Of a stretch of DNA of 64,000 bases, positions 1-13,200 are shown piece after piece; position 1 is the stretch's first letter, and every line of letters begins with the position of its first letter. The notes beneath the pieces were generated by a model. It saw only the letters and a program-made list of their open reading frames with translations. It was not told the DNA's origin and did not search any database. Position numbers and translations under genes: made by a program. The stretch comes from Eledone cirrhosa (Eukaryota): contig OZ024741.1 of assembly GCA_964016885.1 (NCBI GenBank), forward strand, positions 312,294,001-312,358,000, written 5' to 3'.

Positions 1-413
1 AGAGACTTTTATTTCCAGGTACCTTATAAACATGACTTTCCGTATTTATTACTGTTATGAGATATTGTTTTTTTGGGGGGTACCACTTCTCTGTTTTTAG
101 CCTAAGAAAATATCTATATGCGTGTGTAAATACTTACTTGCATACATTTATTTTTTTTAATTAATTGAGTTCTTAACACGCAGGATTGATAATGTTTGTG
201 AAAAAACTAATTAACCCACGTGTATATTATTTTACTTTTCTCGTGACTCGTTGTTGTCTCTCTTTTCCGCTTCGTGACGCTATGATACTTCCTCAGTCAA
301 AAGACTGCTGGAATTTCAAATTTGGCGGTCATTCGATGCGTGAAGGGACAACTTAGCGGACACGAAAATTAACTGCGCTAAGGAATTTTTTCTTATATCA
401 AAGTTTAATGGGC

Positions 414-538
414 TTCCACTGACGATTTATAAGTGCCCACCTAAATATATTCTTAGATGAAAATATGTTAGGCTTCTACATAAACTGGAAACATTCTCCC
501 AACTTGTAGAGAACTTATAATGAAACAATTGTTTGGAA
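414..538 (+). ncRNA. Type I hammerhead ribozyme motif in monomer 1 (repeated once per monomer)
   Basis: Stem I TTCCA(414-418)/TGGAA(534-538); core CTGACGA (419-425); stem II T-TTATAAGT(426-434)/ACTTATAA-T(513-521) enclosing two further hairpins; GAAA (522-525); palindromic stem III CAATTG (526-531); GTT triplet with predicted cleavage after 533. The order matches the CUGANGA...GAAA...NUH consensus. Confidence 0.85.
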
Positions 539-1161
539 AGAGAGATATATTTTAACTTTAATTATGTCTCATATAAAATAATACAACTGGCGTTCCACAA
601 AATGCATATAGTTAGCACCCCAAACACTTAAATTAGGTTTATACTAACGTATAACCTAATGTTTGTTGAGTGAGATGGTTACCAGTCGGAGTTTAGCTTA
701 AAGCTATCTCTGTTATTGTATTAAATATTTTACTTTTGATTTGACCAGTGACTTTTATTTCAAGGTACCTTATAAACATGACTTTCCGTATTTATTACTG
801 TTATGAGATATTGTTTGTTTTTTTTGGGTATCACTTCTCTGTTTTTAGCCTAAGATAATATCTATATGCGTGTGTAAATACTTACATGCATACATTTATT
901 TTTTTAAATTAATTGAGTTCTTAACACGCAGGATTGATAATGTTTGTGAAAAAACTAATTAACCCACGTGTATATTATTTTACTTTTCTCGTGACTCGTG
1001 GTTGTCTCTCTTTTCCGCTTCGTGACGCTATGATACTTCCTCAGTCAAAAGACTGCTGGAATTTCAAATTTGGCGGTCATTCGATGCGTGAAGGGACAAC
1101 TTAGCGGAAATGAAAATTAACTGCGCTAAGGAATTTTTTCTTATAGCAAAGTTTAATGGGC

Positions 1162-1286
1162 TTCCACTGACGATTTATAAGTGCCCACCTAAATATATTC
1201 TTACATGAAAATATGTTAGGCTTCTACATAAACTGGAAACATTCTCCCAACTTGTAGAACACTTATAATGAAACAATTGTTTGGAA
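1162..1286 (+). ncRNA. Type I hammerhead ribozyme motif, monomer 2
   Basis: Same elements as monomer 1; predicted cleavage after 1281, 748 nt from the first site. Confidence 0.85.
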
Positions 1287-4200
1287 AGAGAGATATATTT
1301 TAACTTTAATTATGTCTCATATAAAATAATACAACTGGATTTCCACAAAATACATATAGTTAGCACCCGAAACACTTAAATTAGGTTTATACTAACGTAT
1401 AACCTAATTTTTGTTGAGTGAGATGGTTACCAGTCGGAGTTTAGCTTAAAGCTAGCTCTGTTATTGTATTAAATATTTTACTCTTGATTTGGCCAGAGAC
1501 TTTTATTTCCAGGTACCTTATAAACATGACTTTCCGTATTTATTACTGTTATGAGATATTGTTTGTTTTTTTGGGTATCACTTCTCTGTTTTTAGCCTAA
1601 GAAAATATCTATATGCGTGTGTAAATACTTACATGCATACATTTATTTTTTAAAATTAATTGAGTTCTTAACACGCAGGATTGATAATGTTTGTGAAAAA
1701 ACTAATTAACCCACGTGTATATTATTTTACTTTTCTCGTGACTCGTGGTTGTCTCTCTTTTCCGCTTCGTGACGCTATGATACTTCCTCAGTCAAAAGAC
1801 TGCTGGAATTTCAAATTTGGCGGTCATTCGATGCGTGAAGGGACAACTTAGCGGACACGAAAATTAACTGCGCTAAGGAATTTTTACTTGTATCAAAGTT
1901 TAATGGGCATCCACTGACGATTTATAAGTGCCCACCTAAATATATTCTTACATGAAAATATGTTAGGCTTCTACATAAACTGGAAACAATCTCCCAACTT
2001 GCAGAAAACTTATAATGAAACAATTGTTTGGAAAGAGAGCTATATTTTAACTTTAATTATGTCTCATATAAAATAATACAACTGGCTTTCCGCAAAATAC
2101 ATATAGTTAGCACCCGAAACACTTAAATTAGCTTTATACTAGCGTAAAACCTAATTTTTGTTGAGTGAGATGGTTACCAGTCGGAGTTTAGCTTAAAGCA
2201 ATCTCTGTTATTGTATTAAATATTTTACTCTTGATTTGGCCAGAGACTTTTATTTCCAGGTACCTTATAAACATGACTTTCCGTATTTATTACTGTTATG
2301 AGATATTGTTTTTTTTGGGGGGTATCACTTCTCTGTTTTTAGCCTAAGAAAATATCTATATGCGTGTGTAAATACTTACTTGCATTCATTTATTTTTTTT
2401 AATTAATTGAGTTCTTAACACGCAGGATTGATAATGTTTGTGAAAAAACTAATTAACCCACGTGTATATTATTTTACTTTTCTCGTGACTCGTGGTTGTC
2501 TCTCTTTTACGCTTCGTGACGCTATGATACTTCCTCAGTCAAAAGACTGCTGGAATTTCAAATTTGGCGGTCATTCGATGCGTGAAGGGACAACTTAGCG
2601 GACACGAAAATTAACTGCGCTAAGGAATTTTTTCTTATATCAAAGTTTAATGGGCTTCCACTGACGATTTATAAGTGCCCACCTAAATATATTCTTACAT
2701 GAAAATATGTTAGGCTTCTACATAAACTGGAAACATTCTCCCAACTTGTAGAAAACTTATAATGAAACAATTGTTTGGAAAGAGAGATATATTTTAACTT
2801 TAATTATGTCTCATATAAAATAATACAACTGGATTTCCACAAAATACATATAGTTAGCACCCGAAACACTTAAATTAGGTTTATACTAACGTATAACCTA
2901 ATTTTTGTTGAGTGAGATGGTTACCAGTCGGAGTTTAGCTTAAAGCTATCTCTGTTATTGTATTAAATATTTTACTCTTGATTTGGCCAGAGACTTTTAT
3001 TTCCAGGTACCTTATAAACATGACTTTCCGTATTTATTACTGTTATGAGATATTGTTTTTTTGGGGGGTACCACTTCTCTGTTTTTAGCCTAAGAAAATA
3101 TCTATATGCGTGTGTAAATACTTACTTGCATACATTTATTTTTTTTAATTAATTGAGTTCTTAACACGCAGGATTGATAATGTTTGTGAAAAAACTAATT
3201 AACCCACGTGTATATTATTTTAGTTTTCTCGTGACTCGTTGTTGTCTCTCTTTTCCGCTTCGTGACGCTATGATACTTCCTCAGTCAAAAGACTGCTGGA
3301 ATTTCAAATTTGGCGGTCATTCGATGCGTGAAGGGACAACTTAGCGGACACGAAAATTAACTGCGCTAAGGAATTTTTTCTTATATCAAAGTTTAATGGG
3401 CTTCCACTGACGATTTATAAGTGCCCACCTAAATATATTCTTAGATGAAAATATGTTAGGCTTCTACATAAACTGGAAACATTCTCCCAACTTGTAGAGA
3501 ACTTATAATGAAACAATTGTTTGGAAAGAGAGATATATTTTAACTTTAATTATGTCTCATATAAAATAATACAACTGGCGTTCCACAAAATGCATATAGT
3601 TAGCACCCCAAACACTTAAATTAGGTTTATACTAACGTATAACCTAATGTTTGTTGAGTGAGATGGTTACCAGTCGGAGTTTAGCTTAAAGCTATCTCTG
3701 TTATTGTATTAAATATTTTACTTTTGATTTGACCAGTGACTTTTATTTCAAGGTACCTTATAAACATGACTTTCCGTATTTATTACTGTTATGAGATATT
3801 GTTTGTTTTTTTTGGGTATCACTTCTCTGTTTTTAGCCTAAGATAATATCTATATGCGTGTGTAAATACTTACATGCATACATTTATTTTTTTAAATTAA
3901 TTGAGTTCTTAACACGCAGGATTGATAATGTTTGTGAAAAAACTAATTAACCCACGTGTATATTATTTTACTTTTCTCGTGACTCGTGGTTGTCTCTCTT
4001 TTCCGCTTCGTGACGCTATGATACTTCCTCAGTCAAAAGACTGCTGGAATTTCAAATTTGGCGGTCATTCGATGCGTGAAGGGACAACTTAGCGGAAATG
4101 AAAATTAACTGCGCTAAGGAATTTTTTCTTATAGCAAAGTTTAATGGGCTTCCACTGACGATTTATAAGTGCCCACCTAAATATATTCTTACATGAAAAT

Positions 4201-7200
4201 ATGTTAGGCTTCTACATAAACTGGAAACATTCTCCCAACTTGTAGAACACTTATAATGAAACAATTGTTTGGAAAGAGAGATATATTTTAACTTTAATTA
4301 TGTCTCATATAAAATAATACAACTGGATTTCCACAAAATACATATAGTTAGCACCCGAAACACTTAAATTAGGTTTATACTAACGTATAACCTAATTTTT
4401 GTTGAGTGAGATGGTTACCAGTCGGAGTTTAGCTTAAAGCTAGCTCTGTTATTGTATTAAATATTTTACTCTTGATTTGGCCAGAGACTTTTATTTCCAG
4501 GTACCTTATAAACATGACTTTCCGTATTTATTACTGTTATGAGATATTGTTTGTTTTTTTGGGTATCACTTCTCTGTTTTTAGCCTAAGAAAATATCTAT
4601 ATGCGTGTGTAAATACTTACATGCATACATTTATTTTTTAAAATTAATTGAGTTCTTAACACGCAGGATTGATAATGTTTGTGAAAAAACTAATTAACCC
4701 ACGTGTATATTATTTTACTTTTCTCGTGACTCGTGGTTGTCTCTCTTTTCCGCTTCGTGACGCTATGATACTTCCTCAGTCAAAAGACTGCTGGAATTTC
4801 AAATTTGGCGGTCATTCGATGCGTGAAGGGACAACTTAGCGGACACGAAAATTAACTGCGCTAAGGAATTTTTACTTGTATCAAAGTTTAATGGGCATCC
4901 ACTGACGATTTATAAGTGCCCACCTAAATATATTCTTACATGAAAATATGTTAGGCTTCTACATAAACTGGAAACAATCTCCCAACTTGCAGAAAACTTA
5001 TAATGAAACAATTGTTTGGAAAGAGAGATATATTTTAACTTTAATTATGTCTCATATAAAATAATACAACTGGCTTTCCGCAAAATACATATAGTTAGCA
5101 CCCGAAACACTTAAATTAGCTTTATACTAGCGTAAAACCTAATTTTTGTTGAGTGAGATGGTTACCAGTCGGAGTTTAGCTTAAAGCAATCTCTGTTATT
5201 GTATTAAATATTTTACTCTTGATTTGGCCAGAGACTTTTATTTCCAGGTACCTTATAAACATGACTTTCCGTATTTATTACTGTTATGAGATATTGTTTT
5301 TTTTGGGGGGTATCACTTCTCTGTTTTTAGCCTAAGAAAATATCTATATGCGTGTGTAAATACTTACTTGCATTCATTTATTTTTTTTAATTAATTGAGT
5401 TCTTAACACGCAGGATTGATAATGTTTGTGAAAAAACTAATTAACCCACGTGTATATTATTTTACTTTTCTCGTGACTCGTGGTTGTCTCTCTTTTACGC
5501 TTCGTGACGCTATGATACTTCCTCAGTCAAAAGACTGCTGGAATTTCAAATTTGGCGGTCATTCGATGCGTGAAGGGACAACTTAGCGGACACGAAAATT
5601 AACTGCGCTAACGAATGTTTTCTTGTATCAAAGTTTAATGGGCATCCACTGACGATTTATAAGTGCCCACCTAAATATATTCTTACATGAAAATATGTTA
5701 GGCTTCTACATAAACTGGAAACATTCTCCCAACTTGCAGAAAACTTATAATGAAACAATTGTTTGGAAAGAGAGATATATTTTAACTTTAATTATGTCTC
5801 ATATAAAATAATACAACTGGCTTTCCACAAAATACATATAGTTAGCACCCCAAACACTTAAATTAGGTTTATACTAACGTATAAAGTAATGTTTGTTGAG
5901 TGAGATGGTTACCAGTCGGAGTTTAGCTTAAAGCAATCTCTGTTATTGTATTAAATATTTTACTTTTGATTTGGCCAGAGACTTTTATTTCAAGGTACCT
6001 TATAAACATGACATTCGGTATTTATTAATGTTATGAGATATTGTTTGTTTTTTTGGGTATCACTTCTCTGTTTTTAGCCTAAGAAAATATCTATATGCGT
6101 GTGTAAATACTTACATGCATACATTTATTTTTTAAAATTAATTGAGTTCTTAACACGCAGGATTGATAATGTTTGTGAAAAAACTAATTAACCCACGTGT
6201 ATATTATTTTACTTTTCTCGTGACTCGTGGTTGTCTCTCTTTTCCGCTTCGTGACGCTATGATACTTCCTCAGTCAAAAGACTGCTGGAATTTCAAATTT
6301 GGCGGTCATTCGATGCGTGAAGGGACAACTTAGCGGACACGAAAATTAACTGCGCTAAGGAATTTTTTCTTATATCAAAGTTTAATGGGCTTCCACTGAC
6401 GATTTATAAGTGCCCACCTAAATATATTCTTACATGAAAATATGTTAGGCTTCTACATAAACTGGAAACATTCTCCCAACTTGTAGAAAACTTATAATGA
6501 AACAATTGTTTGGAAAGAGAGATATATTTTAACTTTAATTATGTCTCATATAAAATAATACAACTGGATTTCCACAAAATACATATAGTTAGCACCCGAA
6601 ACACTTAAATTAGGTTTATACTAACGTATAACCTAATTTTTGTTGAGTGAGATGGTTACCAGTCGGAGTTTAGCTTAAAGCTATCTCTGTTATTGTATTA
6701 AATATTTTACTCTTGATTTGGCCAGAGACTTTTATTTCCAGGTACCTTATAAACATGACTTTCCGTATTTATTACTGTTATGAGATATTGTTTTTTTTGG
6801 GGGTACCACTTCTCTGTTTTTAGCCTAAGAAAATATCTATATGCGTGTGTAAATACTTACTTGCATACATTTATTTTTTTTAATTAATTGAGTTCTTAAC
6901 ACGCAGGATTGATAATGTTTGTGAAAAAACTAATTAACCCACGTGTATATTATTTTACTTTTCTCGTGACTCGTGGTTGTCTCTCTTTTGCGCTTCGTGA
7001 CGCTATGATACTTCCTCAGTCAAAAGACTGCTGGAATTTCAAATTTGGCGGTCATTCGATGCGTGAAGGGACAACTTAGCGGACACGAAAATTAACTGCG
7101 CTAAGGAATTTTTTCTTATATCAAAGTTTAATGGGCTTCCACTGACGATTTATAAGTGCCCACCTAAATATATTCTTAGATGAAAATATGTTAGGCTTCT

Positions 7201-10200
7201 ACATAAACTGGAAACATTCTCCCAACTTGTAGAGAACTTATAATGAAACAATTGTTTGGAAAGAGAGATATATTTTAACTTTAATTATGTCTCATATAAA
7301 ATAATACAACTGGCGTTCCACAAAATGCATATAGTTAGCACCCCAAACACTTAAATTAGGTTTATACTAACGTATAACCTAATGTTTGTTGAGTGAGATG
7401 GTTACCAGTCGGAGTTTAGCTTAAAGCTATCTCTGTTATTGTATTAAATATTTTACTTTTGATTTGACCAGTGACTTTTATTTCAAGGTACCTTATAAAC
7501 ATGACTTTCCGTATTTATTACTGTTATGAGATATTGTTTGTTTTTTTTGGGTATCACTTCTCTGTTTTTAGCCTAAGATAATATCTATATGCGTGTGTAA
7601 ATACTTACATGCATACATTTATTTTTTAAAATTAATTGAGTTCTTAACACGCAGGATTGATAATGTTTGTGAAAAAACTAATTAACCCACGTGTATATTA
7701 TTTTACTTTTCTCGTGACTCGTGGTTGTCTCTCTTTTCCGCTTCGTGACGCTATGATACTTCCTCAGTCAAAAGACTGCTGGAATTTCAAATTTGGCGGT
7801 CATTCGATGCGTGAAGGGACAACTTAGCGGAAATGAAAATTAACTGCGCTAAGGAATTTTTTCTTATAGCAAAGTTTAATGGGCTTCCACTGACGATTTA
7901 TAAGTGCCCACCTAAATATATTCTTACATGAAAATATGTTAGGCTTCTACATAAACTGGAAACATTCTCCCAACTTGTAGAACACTTATAATGAAACAAT
8001 TGTTTGGAAAGAGAGATATATTTTAACTTTAATTATGTCTCATATAAAATAATACAACTGGATTTCCACAAAATACATATAGTTAGCACCCGAAACACTT
8101 AAATTAGGTTTATACTAACGTATAACCTAATTTTTGTTGAGTGAGATGGTTACCAGTCGGAGTTTAGCTTAAAGCTAGCTCTGTTATTGTATTAAATATT
8201 TTACTCTTGATTTGGCCAGAGACTTTTATTTCCAGGTACCTTATAAACATGACTTTCCGTATTTATTACTGTTATGAGATATTGTTTGTTTTTTTGGGTA
8301 TCACTTCTCTGTTTTTAGCCTAAGAAAATATCTATATGCGTGTGTAAATACTTACATGCATACATTTATTTTTTAAAATTAATTGAGTTCTTAACACGCA
8401 GGATTGATAATGTTTGTGAAAAAACTAATTAACCCACGTGTATATTATTTTACTTTTCTCGTGACTCGTGGTTGTCTCTCTTTTCCGCTTCGTGACGCTA
8501 TGATACTTCCTCAGTCAAAAGACTGCTGGAATTTCAAATTTGGCGGTCATTCGATGCGTGAAGGGACAACTTAGCGGACACGAAAATTAACTGCGCTAAG
8601 GAATTTTTACTTGTATCAAAGTTTAATGGGCATCCACTGACGATTTATAAGTGCCCACCTAAATATATTCTTACATGAAAATATGTTAGGCTTCTACATA
8701 AACTGGAAACAATCTCCCAACTTGCAGAAAACTTATACTGAAACAATTGTTTGGAAAGAGAGATATATTTTAACTTTAATTATGTCTCATATAAAATAAT
8801 ACAACTGGCTTTCCGCAAAATACATATAGTTAGCACCCGAAACACTTAAATTAGCTTTATACTAGCGTAAAACCTAATTTTTGTTGAGTGAGATGGTTAC
8901 CAGTCGGAGTTTAGCTTAAAGCAATCTCTGTTATTGTATTAAATATTTTACTCTTGATTTGGCCAGAGACTTTTATTTCCAGGTACCTTATAAACATGAC
9001 TTTCCGTATTTATTACTGTTATGAGATATTGTTTTTTTTGGGGGGTATCACTTCTCTGTTTTTAGCCTAAGAAAATATCTATATGCGTGTGTAAATACTT
9101 ACTTGCATTCATTTATTTTTTTTAATTAATTGAGTTCTTAACACGCAGGATTGATAATGTTTGTGAAAAAACTAATTAACCCACGTGTATATTATTTTAC
9201 TTTTCTCGTGACTCGTGGTTGTCTCTCTTTTCCGCTTCGTGACGCTATGATACTTCCTCAGTCAAAAGACTGCTGGAATTTCAAATTTGGCGGTCATTCG
9301 ATGCGTGAATGGACAACTTAGCGGACACGAAAATTAACTGCGCTAACGAATGTTTTCTTGTATCAAAGTTTAATGGGCATCCACTGACGATTTATAAGTG
9401 CCCACCTAAATATATTCTTACATGAAAATATGTTAGGCTTCTACATAAACTGGAAACATTCTCCCAACTTGCAGAAAACTTATAATGAAACAATTGTTTG
9501 GAAAGAGAGATATATTTTAACTTTAATTATGTCTCATATAAAATAATACAACTGGATTTCCACAAAATACATATAGTTAGCACCCGAAACACTTAAATTA
9601 GGTTTATACTAACGTATAACCTAATTTTTGTTGAGTGAGATGGTTACCAGTCGGAGTTTAGCTTAAAGCTATCTCTGTTATTGTATTAAATATTTTACTC
9701 TTGATTTGGCCAGAGACTTTTATTTCCAGGTACCTTATAAACATGACTTTCCGTATTTATTACTGTTATGAGATATTGTTTTTTTTGGGGGTACCACTTC
9801 TCTGTTTTTAGCCTAAGAAAATATCTATATGCGTGTGTAAATACTTACTTGCATACATTTATTTTTTTTAATTAATTGAGTTCTTAACACGCAGGATTGA
9901 TAATGTTTGTGAAAAAACTAATTAACCCACGTGTATATTATTTTACTTTTCTCGTGACTCGTGGTTGTCTCTCTTTTGCGCTTCGTGACGCTATGATACT
10001 TCCTCAGTCAAAAGACTGCTGGAATTTCAAATTTGGCGGTCATTCGATGCGTGAAGGGACAACTTAGCGGACACGAAAATTAACTGCGCTAAGGAATTTT
10101 TTCTTATATCAAAGTTTAATGGGCTTCCACTGACGATTTATAAGTGCCCACCTAAATATATTCTTAGATGAAAATATGTTAGGCTTCTACATAAACTGGA

Positions 10201-13200
10201 AACATTCTCCCAACTTGTAGAGAACTTATAATGAAACAATTGTTTGGAAAGAGAGATATATTTTAACTTTAATTATGTCTCATATAAAATAATACAACTG
10301 GCGTTCCACAAAATGCATATAGTTAGCACCCCAAACACTTAAATTAGGTTTATACTAACGTATAACCTAATGTTTGTTGAGTGAGATGGTTACCAGTCGG
10401 AGTTTAGCTTAAAGCTATCTCTGTTATTGTATTAAATATTTTACTTTTGATTTGACCAGTGACTTTTATTTCAAGGTACCTTATAAACATGACTTTCCGT
10501 ATTTATTACTGTTATGAGATATTGTTTGTTTTTTTTGGGTATCACTTCTCTGTTTTTAGCCTAAGATAATATCTATATGCGTGTGTAAATACTTACATGC
10601 ATACATTTATTTTTTAAAATTAATTGAGTTCTTAACACGCAGGATTGATAATGTTTGTGAAAAAACTAATTAACCCACGTGTATATTATTTTACTTTTCT
10701 CGTGACTCGTGGTTGTCTCTCTTTTCCGCTTCGTGACGCTATGATACTTCCTCAGTCAAAAGACTGCTGGAATTTCAAATTTGGCGGTCATTCGATGCGT
10801 GAAGGGACAACTTAGCGGAAATGAAAATTAACTGCGCTAAGGAATTTTTTCTTATAGCAAAGTTTAATGGGCTTCCACTGACGATTTATAAGTGCCCACC
10901 TAAATATATTCTTACATGAAAATATGTTAGGCTTCTACATAAACTGGAAACATTCTCCCAACTTGTAGAACACTTATAATGAAACAATTGTTTGGAAAGA
11001 GAGATATATTTTAACTTTAATTATGTCTCATATAAAATAATACAACTGGATTTCCACAAAATACATATAGTTAGCACCCGAAACACTTAAATTAGGTTTA
11101 TACTAACGTATAACCTAATTTTTGTTGAGTGAGATGGTTACCAGTCGGAGTTTAGCTTAAAGCTAGCTCTGTTATTGTATTAAATATTTTACTCTTGATT
11201 TGGCCAGAGACTTTTATTTCCAGGTACCTTATAAACATGACTTTCCGTATTTATTACTGTTATGAGATATTGTTTGTTTTTTTGGGTATCACTTCTCTGT
11301 TTTTAGCCTAAGAAAATATCTATATGCGTGTGTAAATACTTACATGCATACATTTATTTTTTAAAATTAATTGAGTTCTTAACACGCAGGATTGATAATG
11401 TTTGTGAAAAAACTAATTAACCCACGTGTATATTATTTTACTTTTCTCGTGACTCGTGGTTGTCTCTCTTTTCCGCTTCGTGACGCTATGATACTTCCTC
11501 AGTCAAAAGACTGCTGGAATTTCAAATTTGGCGGTCATTCGATGCGTGAAGGGACAACTTAGCGGACACGAAAATTAACTGCGCTAAGGAATTTTTACTT
11601 GTATCAAAGTTTAATGGGCATCCACTGACGATTTATAAGTGCCCACCTAAATATATTCTTACATGAAAATATGTTAGGCTTCTACATAAACTGGAAACAA
11701 TCTCCCAACTTGCAGAAAACTTATACTGAAACAATTGTTTGGAAAGAGAGATATATTTTAACTTTAATTATGTCTCATATAAAATAATACAACTGGCTTT
11801 CCGCAAAATACATATAGTTAGCACCCGAAACACTTAAATTAGCTTTATACTAGCGTAAAACCTAATTTTTGTTGAGTGAGATGGTTACCAGTCGGAGTTT
11901 AGCTTAAAGCAATCTCTGTTATTGTATTAAATATTTTACTCTTGATTTGGCCAGAGACTTTTATTTCCAGGTACCTTATAAACATGACTTTCCGTATTTA
12001 TTACTGTTATGAGATATTGTTTTTTTTGGGGGGTATCACTTCTCTGTTTTTAGCCTAAGAAAATATCTATATGCGTGTGTAAATACTTACTTGCATTCAT
12101 TTATTTTTTTTAATTAATTGAGTTCTTAACACGCAGGATTGATAATGTTTGTGAAAAAACTAATTAACCCACGTGTATATTATTTTACTTTTCTCGTGAC
12201 TCGTGGTTGTCTCTCTTTTCCGCTTCGTGACGCTATGATACTTCCTCAGTCAAAAGACTGCTGGAATTTCAAATTTGGCGGTCATTCGATGCGTGAATGG
12301 ACAACTTAGCGGACACGAAAATTAACTGCGCTAACGAATGTTTTCTTGTATCAAAGTTTAATGGGCATCCACTGACGATTTATAAGTGCCCACCTAAATA
12401 TATTCTTACATGAAAATATGTTAGGCTTCTACATAAACTGGAAACATTCTCCCAACTTGCAGAAAACTTATAATGAAACAATTGTTTGGAAAGAGAGATA
12501 TATTTTAACTTTAATTATGTCTCATATAAAATAATACAACTGGCTTTCCACAAAATACATATAGTTAGCACCCCAAACACTTAAATTAGGTTTATACTAA
12601 CGTATAAAGTAATGTTTGTTGAGTGAGATGGTTACCAGTCGGAGTTTAGCTTAAAGCAATCTCTGTTATTGTATTAAATATTTTACTTTTGATTTGGCCA
12701 GAGACTTTTATTTCAAGGTACCTTATAAACATGACATTCGGTATTTATTAATGTTATGAGATATTGTTTGTTTTTTTGGGTATCACTTCTCTGTTTTTAG
12801 CCTAAGAAAATATCTATATGCGTGTGTAAATACTTACATGCATACATTTATTTTTTTTAATTAATTGAGTTCTTAACACGCAGGATTGATAATGTTTGTG
12901 AAAAAACTAATTAACCCACGTGTATATTATTTTACTTTTCTCGTGACTCGTGGTTGTCTCTCTTTTCCGCTTCGTGACGCTATGATACTTCCTCAGTCAA
13001 AAGACTGCTGGAATTTCAAATTTGGCGGTCATTCGATGCGTGAAGGGACAACTTAGCGGACACGAAAATTAACTGCGCTAAGGAATTTTTTCTTATATCA
13101 AAGTTTAATGGGCTTCCACTGACGATTTATAAGTGCCCACCTAAATATATTCTTAGATGAAAATATGTTAGGCTTCTACATAAACTGGAAACATTCTCCC

